Below are positions 18,275 through 26,656 of a stretch of DNA of 64,000 bases, one piece after another. Both the position numbers and the translations under genes were made by a program. Each line of letters opens with the position of its first letter. The first letter of the stretch is position 1. This DNA is from Candidatus Hydrogenedentota bacterium (lineage in GTDB: Bacteria; Hydrogenedentota; Hydrogenedentia; Hydrogenedentales; JAGMZX01). Under the pieces are notes generated by a model. It had not been told where the DNA came from and made no database searches. It worked only from the letters and a program-made list of their open reading frames with translations. The DNA lies in the NCBI GenBank assembly GCA_029556545.1, contig JAKQEQ010000037.1, positions 10,315-74,314 of the forward strand. The letters are read 5' to 3'.

Positions 18275-18817
18275 ATGGATCTGCTGGATCTTCTGCTTGA
18301 GGATGGCTTCAAACCGTTGCGCAAGACGGTGAACGAATGGGCGTCGCCTTGTCCATGGTGTCCGGACCACGGGCGGGATCGGTTCATCATCAGACGGACA
18401 GGATCCGTTCTGCGGTTCTGGTGCCGTCGTTGCGGACGCCGTGGTGCGGCGTATACGTATCTCGTCGAGTTCCGGCAACTGGCTCCCGAAGCGGCACGGC
18501 GAATCCTCGGCGTGTCCGAGCAGGAAATGCGGCGGCTTCAAGGTGATTCCTCACACCCCAATTCGCGTAGCAATTCGGACGCACGCCGCCGCCCTCCACT
18601 GATTTGGCGGGAGAAGGCGTGGCTGACCGTCCTGGCGTGTGAGCGTGAGCTATGGTCCGGCTCACAGAAGACCGAGGACGTTCTTCATTGGCTCAGAGAT
18701 GAGCGCGGTCTGTCGGACGAGACAATCAAGGAATTCCGTCTCGGTTATGTGGCGCGAACTGTCTTCCGCGAGCGCGAGAGTTGGGGCCTGTCCGACTCCA
18801 GAGAGGTACGCGAATGA
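18275..18817 (+). CDS. Primase zinc-binding domain protein (N-terminal half of a DnaG/P4-alpha-like primase)
   Basis: EWASPCPWC...RDRF...FWCRRCG Cys4 finger; WLRDERGLSDETIKEFRLGY is typical of primase N-termini. Confidence 0.8.
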   Translation: MDLLDLLLEDGFKPLRKTVNEWASPCPWCPDHGRDRFIIRRTGSVLRFWCRRCGRRGAAYTYLVEFRQLAPEAARRILGVSEQEMRRLQGDSSHPNSRSNSDARRRPPLIWREKAWLTVLACERELWSGSQKTEDVLHWLRDERGLSDETIKEFRLGYVARTVFRERESWGLSDSREVRE

Positions 18818-21354
18818 GCGTGTTCGTTCTTCCAGAAGGCTTGCTGTTTCCCCACGTCGAGGCAGACGGCGTGACCGGGGAGGTCTCTGTTGGTCGCCTG
18901 AGAATACGGAAGGCCGAACAGAGCGGCTCGAAGTATCACACGGTGGCGGGTTCCAGCATGACGCCCCTCTGCATCGGCCTGCGCCGGACGTTCCCGGTTG
19001 TCGTAGTCGAATCGGATCTGGACGCGATGCTCGTGTCGCAGGAGGCTGGCGACCTTGTCGGGGTTGTCGCCTTGGGGTCCGTGACCAACCGCCCGGATGA
19101 GGAGACGTTCCGCATTCTCAGGAGGGTCCCCCTGATCATCGTGTCCTTGGATAGCGATCCTCCTGCGGCGCGGGAATCGCGGCAGTACTGGGAGCGGCAT
19201 TTCCCTCGGAGCGTACGCTGCCCCATACCGCGAAGGTTCGGGAAGGACCCCGGGGAGGCCTTCCGCAACGGCCTCGACATCCGAACGTGGGTTGTCAGCG
19301 CCCTCAAGATGGCCGATTGGTCGCTGCCAGACGAGGAAGATTTGGACGCAACGCGCCTGAGCGCCTGCGATGTGCATGGCCCATCCGATCCGCTTCCCAT
19401 TGAGGACGACAAGCCTGACGACTACGCAGCACCGGCGTGTGACGCGCCCGTTGCCGTTGCGTCCTCCGGGGAATCGCCCGCACCGGCGTGTGCGGTCGGC
19501 GAGACCCCGCCCGACGAAGGTCCAGAGGGTTCTCTTGCTCCGGTTCCGACGTTTGAGTACATCACGGACGACGACCACGCGCGGAAGGCCGTGGCGTCTC
19601 TGCTGGAGGCACCGAGCCCGTACGGGGCCGATATCGAAACAGCGAAGCACCCTGATTATGCCGGGCATCCCCAGAGCGGCCTGGACCCCCACCTCTCGCG
19701 CATCCGCTTGGTGCAGATTTGCGCAGCGGGCCTGCCCATCTATGTGTTCGACTTCTCCGGGATCGACCCGAGTATCCTAGCGCCGCTGTGGGACCGCCCG
19801 ATGGTCTTCCACAACGCCCTTTTCGATATCCGCCATATCCTTCACTCCGGCGCGAATCCGTCCAAGGTCGGCTGCACGATGCTGATGGACAATGCCCTGG
19901 CGGGGGGGATGCGCGGCCTCGCCGACCTCGCGGAGGACTATCTCGGACTCGCGGTTTCCAAGGCGGAGCAGACATCAGACTGGAATGCCCCACACCTGAC
20001 AGAAGATCAGCTTGCTTATGCCGCCCTCGATGCCTGCTTGGTTCTTCAGCTCTATCACATACTCCGGGAACGGCTCGCGGGCGAGGGGCTCGGGCGATGC
20101 TACGCGTTGATGCGCGACGCGCAGCGCGCCGTCGCCGAGACGATGCTGGCGGGGCTCGGTTTCGACGTCGCGGCGCACGCCGACGTGGTCCGCGAGTGGG
20201 AGGCTCAGCGGGACACGGCGAAGGCGAGGGTGGTCGAGGTACTTGGCCCTGACATTGACCGAAACAGCCCTACTCAGGTGGCCCGGTGGTTCGAGACCCA
20301 CCTTGACGAGGGAACGTTGCGGGAGTTGCCTCGAACGAAGACGGGGCAAATCTCCACGGCGGCGGAGTCCCTGGCCGCCATCGGTAATCATCCCGCTGTG
20401 CGTAGCTTGATCGAGTACAAAGCTGTCCAGACGCTCTTGTCCACGTTCGGCGCGCCGTACGCTCGGCATGTGAACCCCGTGACCCGCCGCCTTCACGGTG
20501 GTTTTCGTTTCTGCACCTCCACGGGTCGCATGAGATGCAAGAATCCCAATGTTCAGAACGCCCCAAGGCAGCAGTCTTTCCGCGCCCTTTTTGTGGCCAA
20601 GCCCGGTCACGTTCTTCTAAAGGCCGACTACAACCAGATGCAGCTTAGAGTGGTGGCCGAGCTTTCCCAGGACGCCACCATGCTCGAAATCTTCCGGGAG
20701 GGGCGGGACATCCACCGCCTGACCGCCGCCGCTATCACCGGCAAGATGCCGTCCGAGGTGACGAAGTCTGAGAGGAGTGCTGCCAAAAAGAGCAACTTTG
20801 GTTTCATCTTTGGAATCGGACCGAAGAGATTTCGTATGGATGTTATGGAGGAATATAGTATAGATATGACATTTGAAGAAGCAAAGCAAATTCGCAGCAT
20901 CTTCTTCAGGACCTATCCGGGCGTTGAGAGATGGCACAGGTGGCTGTCCGCACGTGCCAAGCAGACCTGGAGTGTCACGACGCCGGGCGGTCGTGTCCGC
21001 AGATTTCCGCGAAAGGGGAACCAGCCGCCCTACACGGAAGTGCTCAATACGCCCGTGCAGGGCGGCGAGGCCGAGGTCCTGCTATCGGCGCTGGCCCTGT
21101 TCCCCGAGCGGCTCGGGGGGCTGGACGCCAAACTCGTGAATGTCGTTCATGACGAGGTCCTGTTCGAGGTCGCAGAGGCGGACGTCTCCAAGGCGGTTCC
21201 CATTATCGAGGCCGTCATGGTCGAGGCCATGCAAGCCGTCTTCCCGGATTGCAGCACCAGGAATCTGGTGGATATCTCTGTAGGCAAGGACTGGGGTAAT
21301 ACGGCGAAGTACTGCGCCGACTCCGTGGCGGGCTGCGCCGGATTGGAGGGTTGA
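18814..21354 (+). CDS. Toprim primase domain fused to 3'-5' exonuclease and family A DNA polymerase
   Basis: Toprim VVVVESDLDA, LDSD, GKDPGE; Exo I ADIET, Exo II FHNALFD, Exo III YAALD; pol TGR..NPNVQN, motif A DYNQMQLR, motif B R...K..NFGFIFG, motif C VHDE. ATGA overlap with the upstream ORF. Confidence 0.9.
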   Translation: MSVFVLPEGLLFPHVEADGVTGEVSVGRLRIRKAEQSGSKYHTVAGSSMTPLCIGLRRTFPVVVVESDLDAMLVSQEAGDLVGVVALGSVTNRPDEETFRILRRVPLIIVSLDSDPPAARESRQYWERHFPRSVRCPIPRRFGKDPGEAFRNGLDIRTWVVSALKMADWSLPDEEDLDATRLSACDVHGPSDPLPIEDDKPDDYAAPACDAPVAVASSGESPAPACAVGETPPDEGPEGSLAPVPTFEYITDDDHARKAVASLLEAPSPYGADIETAKHPDYAGHPQSGLDPHLSRIRLVQICAAGLPIYVFDFSGIDPSILAPLWDRPMVFHNALFDIRHILHSGANPSKVGCTMLMDNALAGGMRGLADLAEDYLGLAVSKAEQTSDWNAPHLTEDQLAYAALDACLVLQLYHILRERLAGEGLGRCYALMRDAQRAVAETMLAGLGFDVAAHADVVREWEAQRDTAKARVVEVLGPDIDRNSPTQVARWFETHLDEGTLRELPRTKTGQISTAAESLAAIGNHPAVRSLIEYKAVQTLLSTFGAPYARHVNPVTRRLHGGFRFCTSTGRMRCKNPNVQNAPRQQSFRALFVAKPGHVLLKADYNQMQLRVVAELSQDATMLEIFREGRDIHRLTAAAITGKMPSEVTKSERSAAKKSNFGFIFGIGPKRFRMDVMEEYSIDMTFEEAKQIRSIFFRTYPGVERWHRWLSARAKQTWSVTTPGGRVRRFPRKGNQPPYTEVLNTPVQGGEAEVLLSALALFPERLGGLDAKLVNVVHDEVLFEVAEADVSKAVPIIEAVMVEAMQAVFPDCSTRNLVDISVGKDWGNTAKYCADSVAGCAGLEG

Positions 21355-21370
21355 CGTGAGAACGGAATTC
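21302..21370 (+). repeat. ~69-bp direct repeat, copy 1 (overlaps the polymerase stop)
   Basis: GACTCCGTGGyGGGCTGCGCCGGA...GTTGmCGTGAGAACGGAAT shared with 22165-22232. Confidence 0.85.
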
Positions 21371-21559
21371 AGAAGGCACAGGTTTCACTTGCGCGGCCCT
21401 CCCGCCTTCGGGGGTGGCGTTCTGCCGCGTCCGACTTGGTCCGGGCGGGGTTCGGAGGCCGCGCGAGCATGGCGTGGGCCAGCATCTGATGGGCAGAGAG
21501 AACTCCTGGCAATTGGTGCCAGGAGGAAGGCGCGAAAGGCGCATTGAGAGGAATACGAC

Positions 21560-22111
21560 ATGAGTAAGAACGGAAAGACAAACAAGTCGATTGTTCGGGA
21601 GGCCGCCGACGACAGTTCCATCTGCTACGACAACCAGGCTGCCGACGGCCTGTACGAGGTCCACGTCGACAGCACGTGGGACCAGGCGGTGCTGGAGCGG
21701 AGCGGCGAGCTCTATCACCGCGTCTGCGTCGCGATGAGTGCGCGGACGGAGGACGGCGTCGAGGTGGGACTGTTCCGCGCGTACGAGGTGCGCCGGGCAG
21801 CGGACGTGCGCGACCTGCGCTGCCTCGCGGCCCAGGTGGACCTGCCTTTGAATGACGAGCGGGACATCCCGGAGCTGATCAAGCGGCTCTGGTACGAGCG
21901 GTTCAAGGTCTTGTTGTCGACGGACGACGGCGGCCGCCGGATCGTGCACTTCATCGACAAGGCACCCGGCGACCGCGACGTTCCGGACGCACGCGACGGG
22001 GACAACATCTGGGACCATGCGTGGCATCATGAACTTCGCCGGGAGGAAGGGTTCAACAGGCACCTGAGGGAGCACGGATACGGCTACCTGCTGCCGCAGT
22101 CTGCCCGCTGA
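21560..22111 (+). CDS. Hypothetical protein (183 aa)
   Basis: GAGAGGA RBS; GC3-rich codon usage. Confidence 0.75.
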   Translation: MSKNGKTNKSIVREAADDSSICYDNQAADGLYEVHVDSTWDQAVLERSGELYHRVCVAMSARTEDGVEVGLFRAYEVRRAADVRDLRCLAAQVDLPLNDERDIPELIKRLWYERFKVLLSTDDGGRRIVHFIDKAPGDRDVPDARDGDNIWDHAWHHELRREEGFNRHLREHGYGYLLPQSAR

Positions 22112-22125
22112 ACCGCAGAAACTGT

Positions 22126-22165
22126 GGGCGATGGGGCCTGCGGAATCCCGCAGGCCCCATCGCCC
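22126..22165. repeat. Perfect 18-bp hairpin without a U-tract
   Basis: GGGCGATGGGGCCTGCGG-AATC-CCGCAGGCCCCATCGCCC. Confidence 0.8.
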
Positions 22166-22232
22166 GGCGAGTACGGCGCAGACTCCGTGGTGGGCTGCGC
22201 CGGACGAAGAAGTTGCCGTGAGAACGGAATCC
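22165..22232 (+). repeat. ~69-bp direct repeat, copy 2
   Basis: Matches 21302-21370. Confidence 0.85.
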
Positions 22233-22247
22233 GAAAAGGAGAACGAG

Positions 22248-22772
22248 ATGTCTATGCGATTGCAGATCATCAAGACTGGCGTCGCGCGGCCCGTCGCCGC
22301 GAGTTGGTATTCAAGGTGTGGGCTTACCGCGTGGAACGACTACAGCATGGGCAGGCACGACGGGGAGCTGTACATCTGCCTTAGGGGCTTCAGGGTCGGC
22401 GGCTTCGATTCGCCGGGGAAATCAACCGAGAAGTGGGTCCCCTTCTCGGTGTTCGTCCCTATTCTCGATCTGTGGCCCCGCGACAGGGCGCAGGCTTGGT
22501 CCTCGGCCATGCTGAAAGGGCTGGTCCCGCCCAACCACAACAACCAGGCCCGATTCGTAGCGGTCCTACGGGCCGAGAAACTCCTGCTCGAATGCGTGGG
22601 GGTGCCCGCGAACCCGCTCATGCCCAAGTGCGCGCGCGCCGGATACGCCAGCGTCCGCAACCGGGGCACCACTATCGCGGGCTACGTGCAGCGGATGCTC
22701 AAGAGGAGGCCGAGACGGGAGATATTCGTCGACGTGCCCGACGATATGATTTGGACGCCAAGAGGCAAGTGA
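22248..22772 (+). CDS. Hypothetical island protein; apparent paralog of 3193-3894
   Basis: AAAGGAGA RBS; LQIIKTG...YSMG...EKWV...VAVLRAEKLL. Confidence 0.7.
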   Translation: MSMRLQIIKTGVARPVAASWYSRCGLTAWNDYSMGRHDGELYICLRGFRVGGFDSPGKSTEKWVPFSVFVPILDLWPRDRAQAWSSAMLKGLVPPNHNNQARFVAVLRAEKLLLECVGVPANPLMPKCARAGYASVRNRGTTIAGYVQRMLKRRPRREIFVDVPDDMIWTPRGK

Positions 22773-22825
22773 CGGGACCGGCCGGTTGGATGGCTCGCGT
22801 GGAGATGTAAAGGCGCGTGGCGGAG

Positions 22826-23047
22826 TCCGGTTCGTCAACCGGACATCCATTCGTAGGCACGCGCCGTCCCCGACTGTCCTCCCACGGTCCACCGGCGTGA
22901 TGTGGCGCGGAGCGGGGTTCCGGCTTCCGGCGGGAAACGGGCGGGCGGTTCTGCGCTTCGGCGGCGGCGGGCGGGAGTGCAGGCGGGGCCTGCTTTCCCA
23001 TGGAAACGCTGGGGTTGGGCGCGGGGGCGGGCCGGGGGCGCGTCCGG
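22826..23047 (+). repeat. ~220-bp direct repeat, internal copy of the element's tRNA-proximal end
   Basis: CCCCGACTGTCCTCCCACGGTCCACCGGCGTGATGwGGCGCGGAGCGGGGTTCCGGCTTCCGG is near-identical to 30512 onward; weaker colinear similarity on both sides. Confidence 0.9.
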
Positions 23048-23058
23048 AGCCATCGAGC

Positions 23059-23094
23059 CTTTCCTCGCCCCACAAGGCGAGGCCCCATTGAAGC
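23059..23094 (+). CRISPR. Solitary CRISPR-like repeat unit (type I-G/I-U-like); no array and no cas genes
   Basis: 36-nt CTTTCCTCGCCCCACAAGGCGAGGCCCCATTGAAGC: 7-bp hairpin CCTCGCC/GGCGAGG followed by the CCCCATTGAAGC terminus typical of I-G repeats. Confidence 0.65.
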
Positions 23095-23488
23095 TCTGTC
23101 TCTGTCTCTGTGTGCGCTGCGGCAGCCCCCTGCTATGACGTGCTCATCTCGTGGCTTAGTATGTCTCACCGCGATATTTTCCACCGCGGTGATAGGTGGT
23201 ATCATCTCTCACGGACAGCCTGTGTAATCGTTGTGCCGCGATTCCGGCGTCAAGGCTTGGCTGCCCTCAATGATAATCAAAAGGAAATCATCTGCCACCT
23301 CTGCCAAACCCTCGCTCGTCCAGAACCATCTTGGGTACCTGCGACAGAGATCTCTGGATTCGCCCGTCTGAAGGCTTACCCAGGTCGGGTGCAAGCGGAA
23401 CGACGGGCAATACCACTACGAATATGACCGGATTCGCGCCATGCGGAGATCTATTGACAACTCCGAACAGACCTCTGCAGGCGATGCA

Positions 23489-26400
23489 CTACACACCGCG
23501 CCTCTCCGACACCATCGCCCGCAGGTCGATGGCATGGCTTTGGACGAAGCGGATGGTTGCAGATTCCTCGCCAAGCGTGACGGGCAACTCCAGGGCGTCG
23601 CCGATTTGGGCAAAGGCATCCCGGAGTGTGTCTCGCGCATCGTCTGATCCATGGAACACGAACTCATCGTACTTAGCCGCGCAGACCGGGCAAAGGGCAA
23701 GGTAGTTGGCGTCAAGTTCCTTCGGCAAATCGAAGGCTTCGACCTTCTCGAAGTAGTGCTTGCCGTTCTTCTCTCGGAAGGGCATCTCGTCCTGGCAGAT
23801 CTGGCAAATCAGCTGATCATCGTCATTCGTGTAGAGATCTCGAAGGTACGCTTCCACTTCGGCTTTGCCTTGCGTGCGGCTGGTTCGGACGCTTCGCTCC
23901 CGCTTCTCGTGCTGCTTATCGGGTGCGCCAGCCGCTTTCTCCTTAGCCTTTCTTTTGCGCCGTTCTGGATCAGCGGAGGTCCGCTCCGGGAACGCGGGTT
24001 GCGCTTGCCGGCTTTCCCGCCACCTCTGAAACCCCTCGGGATCCTCTTTCTTCAGCCTGGCCATTTCCTTAGCTTCTTCCAATGAATCGAAGCCGACATC
24101 TTTTATCGCAGCATCTATGTCTTGCTGCTCAGAAAGCATCACTCCTAGAGCCCTTGCCAGTTGTTCGTTTCTGTTCCAATCTTCAGGAAGGTCGTGATAG
24201 CGCACATCGTTAGGTCTGCGAAATCCACCGGTGCCGTCCGGAATCCACTCCGTGTGATGCAGCAACTGGCCTGCCTTAGAAAACTGCTCTTCGCGTTTCT
24301 GTGGAATGAAATCCTTTGTCACGTACTTGCCATATGTATTGCATTCTTCAACTGTCCCTTTGATGAAACGCAAACGGTTTAAGAGAAGCTCATTCCAGAT
24401 GTATGCGCTCTTCTCCATTGAGGCCGGGAGCTCACTCAAAGCAGTTTTCAGATGCTCGATGTCAAAATCTGGATGGAACCCATCAAGGCATCGAAGTTTG
24501 TGAGAATAGGATCGTTCAATGCGAACGAGTTGACCTGCCTTTCCGTCTCCATGGTAAGTCTTCGGGGATGATTGCACACTCATCTGGCCCAACGCAGACC
24601 CAAGAACTTCAATGACATCTTCGTGTACGAGCCACACTTTTTCATTCCCGTGCAGATAAGCCAGGAGCCCGTCGTCTTCTGGAAGCCAGACATCGCCGGG
24701 TTTCTTTAGAGCCAATTGCATGTTGCCAGCATTCTCAGCCTTTATGAATGGCGTCTTACGGCACTCCGTAAGTAAGCGCTCAGTCTTCTCCTTAGAGTCA
24801 CTTAACAGTGCGCTGACTATACGTTTGAGCTCTGCGGAAGTAGGAAAATCTACGGTTTCAAGATCGGGAGCAGTCTGATACTTTGAGAGGATGGTCCTGA
24901 TTACGCGTTCAATCCTATCAAGCTCTTGTACTCCTACTTCGCTCAGAAACGTCTTGGCTTTCTCCTTCTGACTGTCATCGCTTCCACTAGAATAGACGCC
25001 GCTCGCGACTCGGGGAAACTCGTCTTCGTGCTCAACCCCGTCGGTCGGGAAGAAGCATTCGCTTCCCTTGCGATAAGTCTCATCACTGCATCGAACAAGA
25101 GCAAGATTCTTAATAGTCGTTGTTCTTTCCGTCTTTGCATAGCTAGGAGGCGCATTCAGGTACTCATTCAACATGGAATATAGCGCTTGATGCCATCTTT
25201 CATCCTTGCTACCCATCCATTGCCCCAGGGCATCCTTGTTCAGCCTGCCCAATGCTTTCACGACTGCGGCTGTGTCCCATTGCTCAATACCGAGCATCGA
25301 CGAAAAGTTGTCCTCACGCTGATTGCGCTGGGGGGGATTGGAAGCCCATATCGGAGCAACATAGTTGTCACCCAAGAGCGTGAGCATATCGTCATCATCA
25401 ATAAGGTCCGAGAGTGCCTTCGTGCCCCGAAAGATGCCGTCGGCCGCGGCGTGGCTGCCGCGCTTCATGGGGACAAGATCCTCTTCCTTGAATTCCGTAA
25501 CTAGCCGTCCCATTAGCGGCACGTAGAACTCCGACAGATTGTCCCTGTCGTTGGGAAGTACCGCCAAGGCTCGTACGGTCAGCAAGCCTTGATCGCGGAT
25601 CGCGGACATCGATTCGGCCAGCAGCTCGGCCAGGTGATCGCGCAACACATTGTTTCCCGCACAATCGCGGACACTGTCGCGCGCGACCGTTGAGGCGAAC
25701 GGCGCATGGAGATGGAAACGCAGATTGGAGGTTTCTTTGTCCGCCGGGAAATAGATGCATACGCGTCCCGGCTCCATCGCCGCGAGTTCCCACTCGGGGG
25801 TGGCAACCGCGTCGTCGCCTTTCTTTTCCTTGGCACCCGCCTTCGCTGCAACTGGCGACAATCCGAAGGCCACGGCGATGCGGCAGAGCTTTGTTTTCTC
25901 GTCTTCCTTTTCAGACTCTTCGTCTTCAACCTCCACTTCCTTATCGAACTTCAAGAACCAGGTCGATGAAGGGGCAAGTTCGTTCGGTTGTTGGACGCGA
26001 ATCTCGTAGCGGTTGTAACCAATGTCGATTCGTTCAATGTAACCGAGCGATGAATCAGGGAGAAGATACTCTATCTTGCGGATGTGCGTAAGGAAGAGCA
26101 AGGTTGTCGCGCCGAGCGCCTTTAACAGTCTTTCGATCTCGCCCTTTGCCTGCTCCGGTCCCTTTTTGTGGTTATCAAACGGCAAGATGAATCGCGTTTG
26201 CTTGTCCCCCAATTGGCTTCTTGAACGCCCGTTCGGTTCTGGAACCACCATATCACGAATTCTGAAATGAAACTCACCAGATTCGACTTCCGGTGTTTCA
26301 GTGTAGGCAAACACGGCTTTGAATCCAACGCCGAATTGACCGATACTGGTTGCGTCATCGCGTTTGGTGCTGAACCCGATGCTGGTAATGGCATCCACGT

Positions 26401-26656
26401 TATCGATAGAAAAAAGTCGCTCGCCGTCGTGCTCGAATTCGATGCGATCCTCATGCAGGATAAACCGCACCTCTTGAGCTCGTGCGTCCTCGGCATTCTG
26501 AAGCAATTCATAAATGAAATGGGCATTGTCCGGATAGAGGTCCGTGAGCAGGCGCTTGAGACCTGCTTCAAATCCGTTCTCTCGGTTTGCGTCAACCCAT
26601 TTTCGGCGTTTCAAGGCGATGGACTCGATCGTTTCAGGCATGGCTTCACTATCCAT
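23489..26656 (-). CDS. Sacsin/NOV-like GHKL ATPase with C-terminal Zn-binding HNH-like domain
   Basis: HFIYELLQNAEDA, EHDG, IGQFGVGFKAVF, FHLHAPF; C-terminal ICQICQDEMPF...LALCPVCAAKY. Start could alternatively be 26641. Confidence 0.85.
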   Translation of the reverse strand: MDSEAMPETIESIALKRRKWVDANRENGFEAGLKRLLTDLYPDNAHFIYELLQNAEDARAQEVRFILHEDRIEFEHDGERLFSIDNVDAITSIGFSTKRDDATSIGQFGVGFKAVFAYTETPEVESGEFHFRIRDMVVPEPNGRSRSQLGDKQTRFILPFDNHKKGPEQAKGEIERLLKALGATTLLFLTHIRKIEYLLPDSSLGYIERIDIGYNRYEIRVQQPNELAPSSTWFLKFDKEVEVEDEESEKEDEKTKLCRIAVAFGLSPVAAKAGAKEKKGDDAVATPEWELAAMEPGRVCIYFPADKETSNLRFHLHAPFASTVARDSVRDCAGNNVLRDHLAELLAESMSAIRDQGLLTVRALAVLPNDRDNLSEFYVPLMGRLVTEFKEEDLVPMKRGSHAAADGIFRGTKALSDLIDDDDMLTLLGDNYVAPIWASNPPQRNQREDNFSSMLGIEQWDTAAVVKALGRLNKDALGQWMGSKDERWHQALYSMLNEYLNAPPSYAKTERTTTIKNLALVRCSDETYRKGSECFFPTDGVEHEDEFPRVASGVYSSGSDDSQKEKAKTFLSEVGVQELDRIERVIRTILSKYQTAPDLETVDFPTSAELKRIVSALLSDSKEKTERLLTECRKTPFIKAENAGNMQLALKKPGDVWLPEDDGLLAYLHGNEKVWLVHEDVIEVLGSALGQMSVQSSPKTYHGDGKAGQLVRIERSYSHKLRCLDGFHPDFDIEHLKTALSELPASMEKSAYIWNELLLNRLRFIKGTVEECNTYGKYVTKDFIPQKREEQFSKAGQLLHHTEWIPDGTGGFRRPNDVRYHDLPEDWNRNEQLARALGVMLSEQQDIDAAIKDVGFDSLEEAKEMARLKKEDPEGFQRWRESRQAQPAFPERTSADPERRKRKAKEKAAGAPDKQHEKRERSVRTSRTQGKAEVEAYLRDLYTNDDDQLICQICQDEMPFREKNGKHYFEKVEAFDLPKELDANYLALCPVCAAKYDEFVFHGSDDARDTLRDAFAQIGDALELPVTLGEESATIRFVQSHAIDLRAMVSERRGV

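Noticed and set aside
21485-21545. Hammerhead ribozyme (CTGATG...GAAA)
   Set aside because: The core reads CTGATGG rather than CTGANGA, and the stems do not fit the topology.
22818-22825. TGGCGGAG as a second att core matching the tRNA 3' end
   Set aside because: Only 8 bp, expected by chance in GC-rich DNA, and on the wrong side of the repeat.
22126-23200. A true CRISPR array
   Set aside because: Only one full repeat-like unit. The hairpin at 22126 shares GGCCCCAT but lacks TGAAGC and is ~900 bp away. No cas genes.
23110-23480. Gene or pseudogene between the solitary repeat and the GHKL gene
   Set aside because: Short ORFs in several frames with no RBS or recognisable motif; may be a remnant but cannot be supported.
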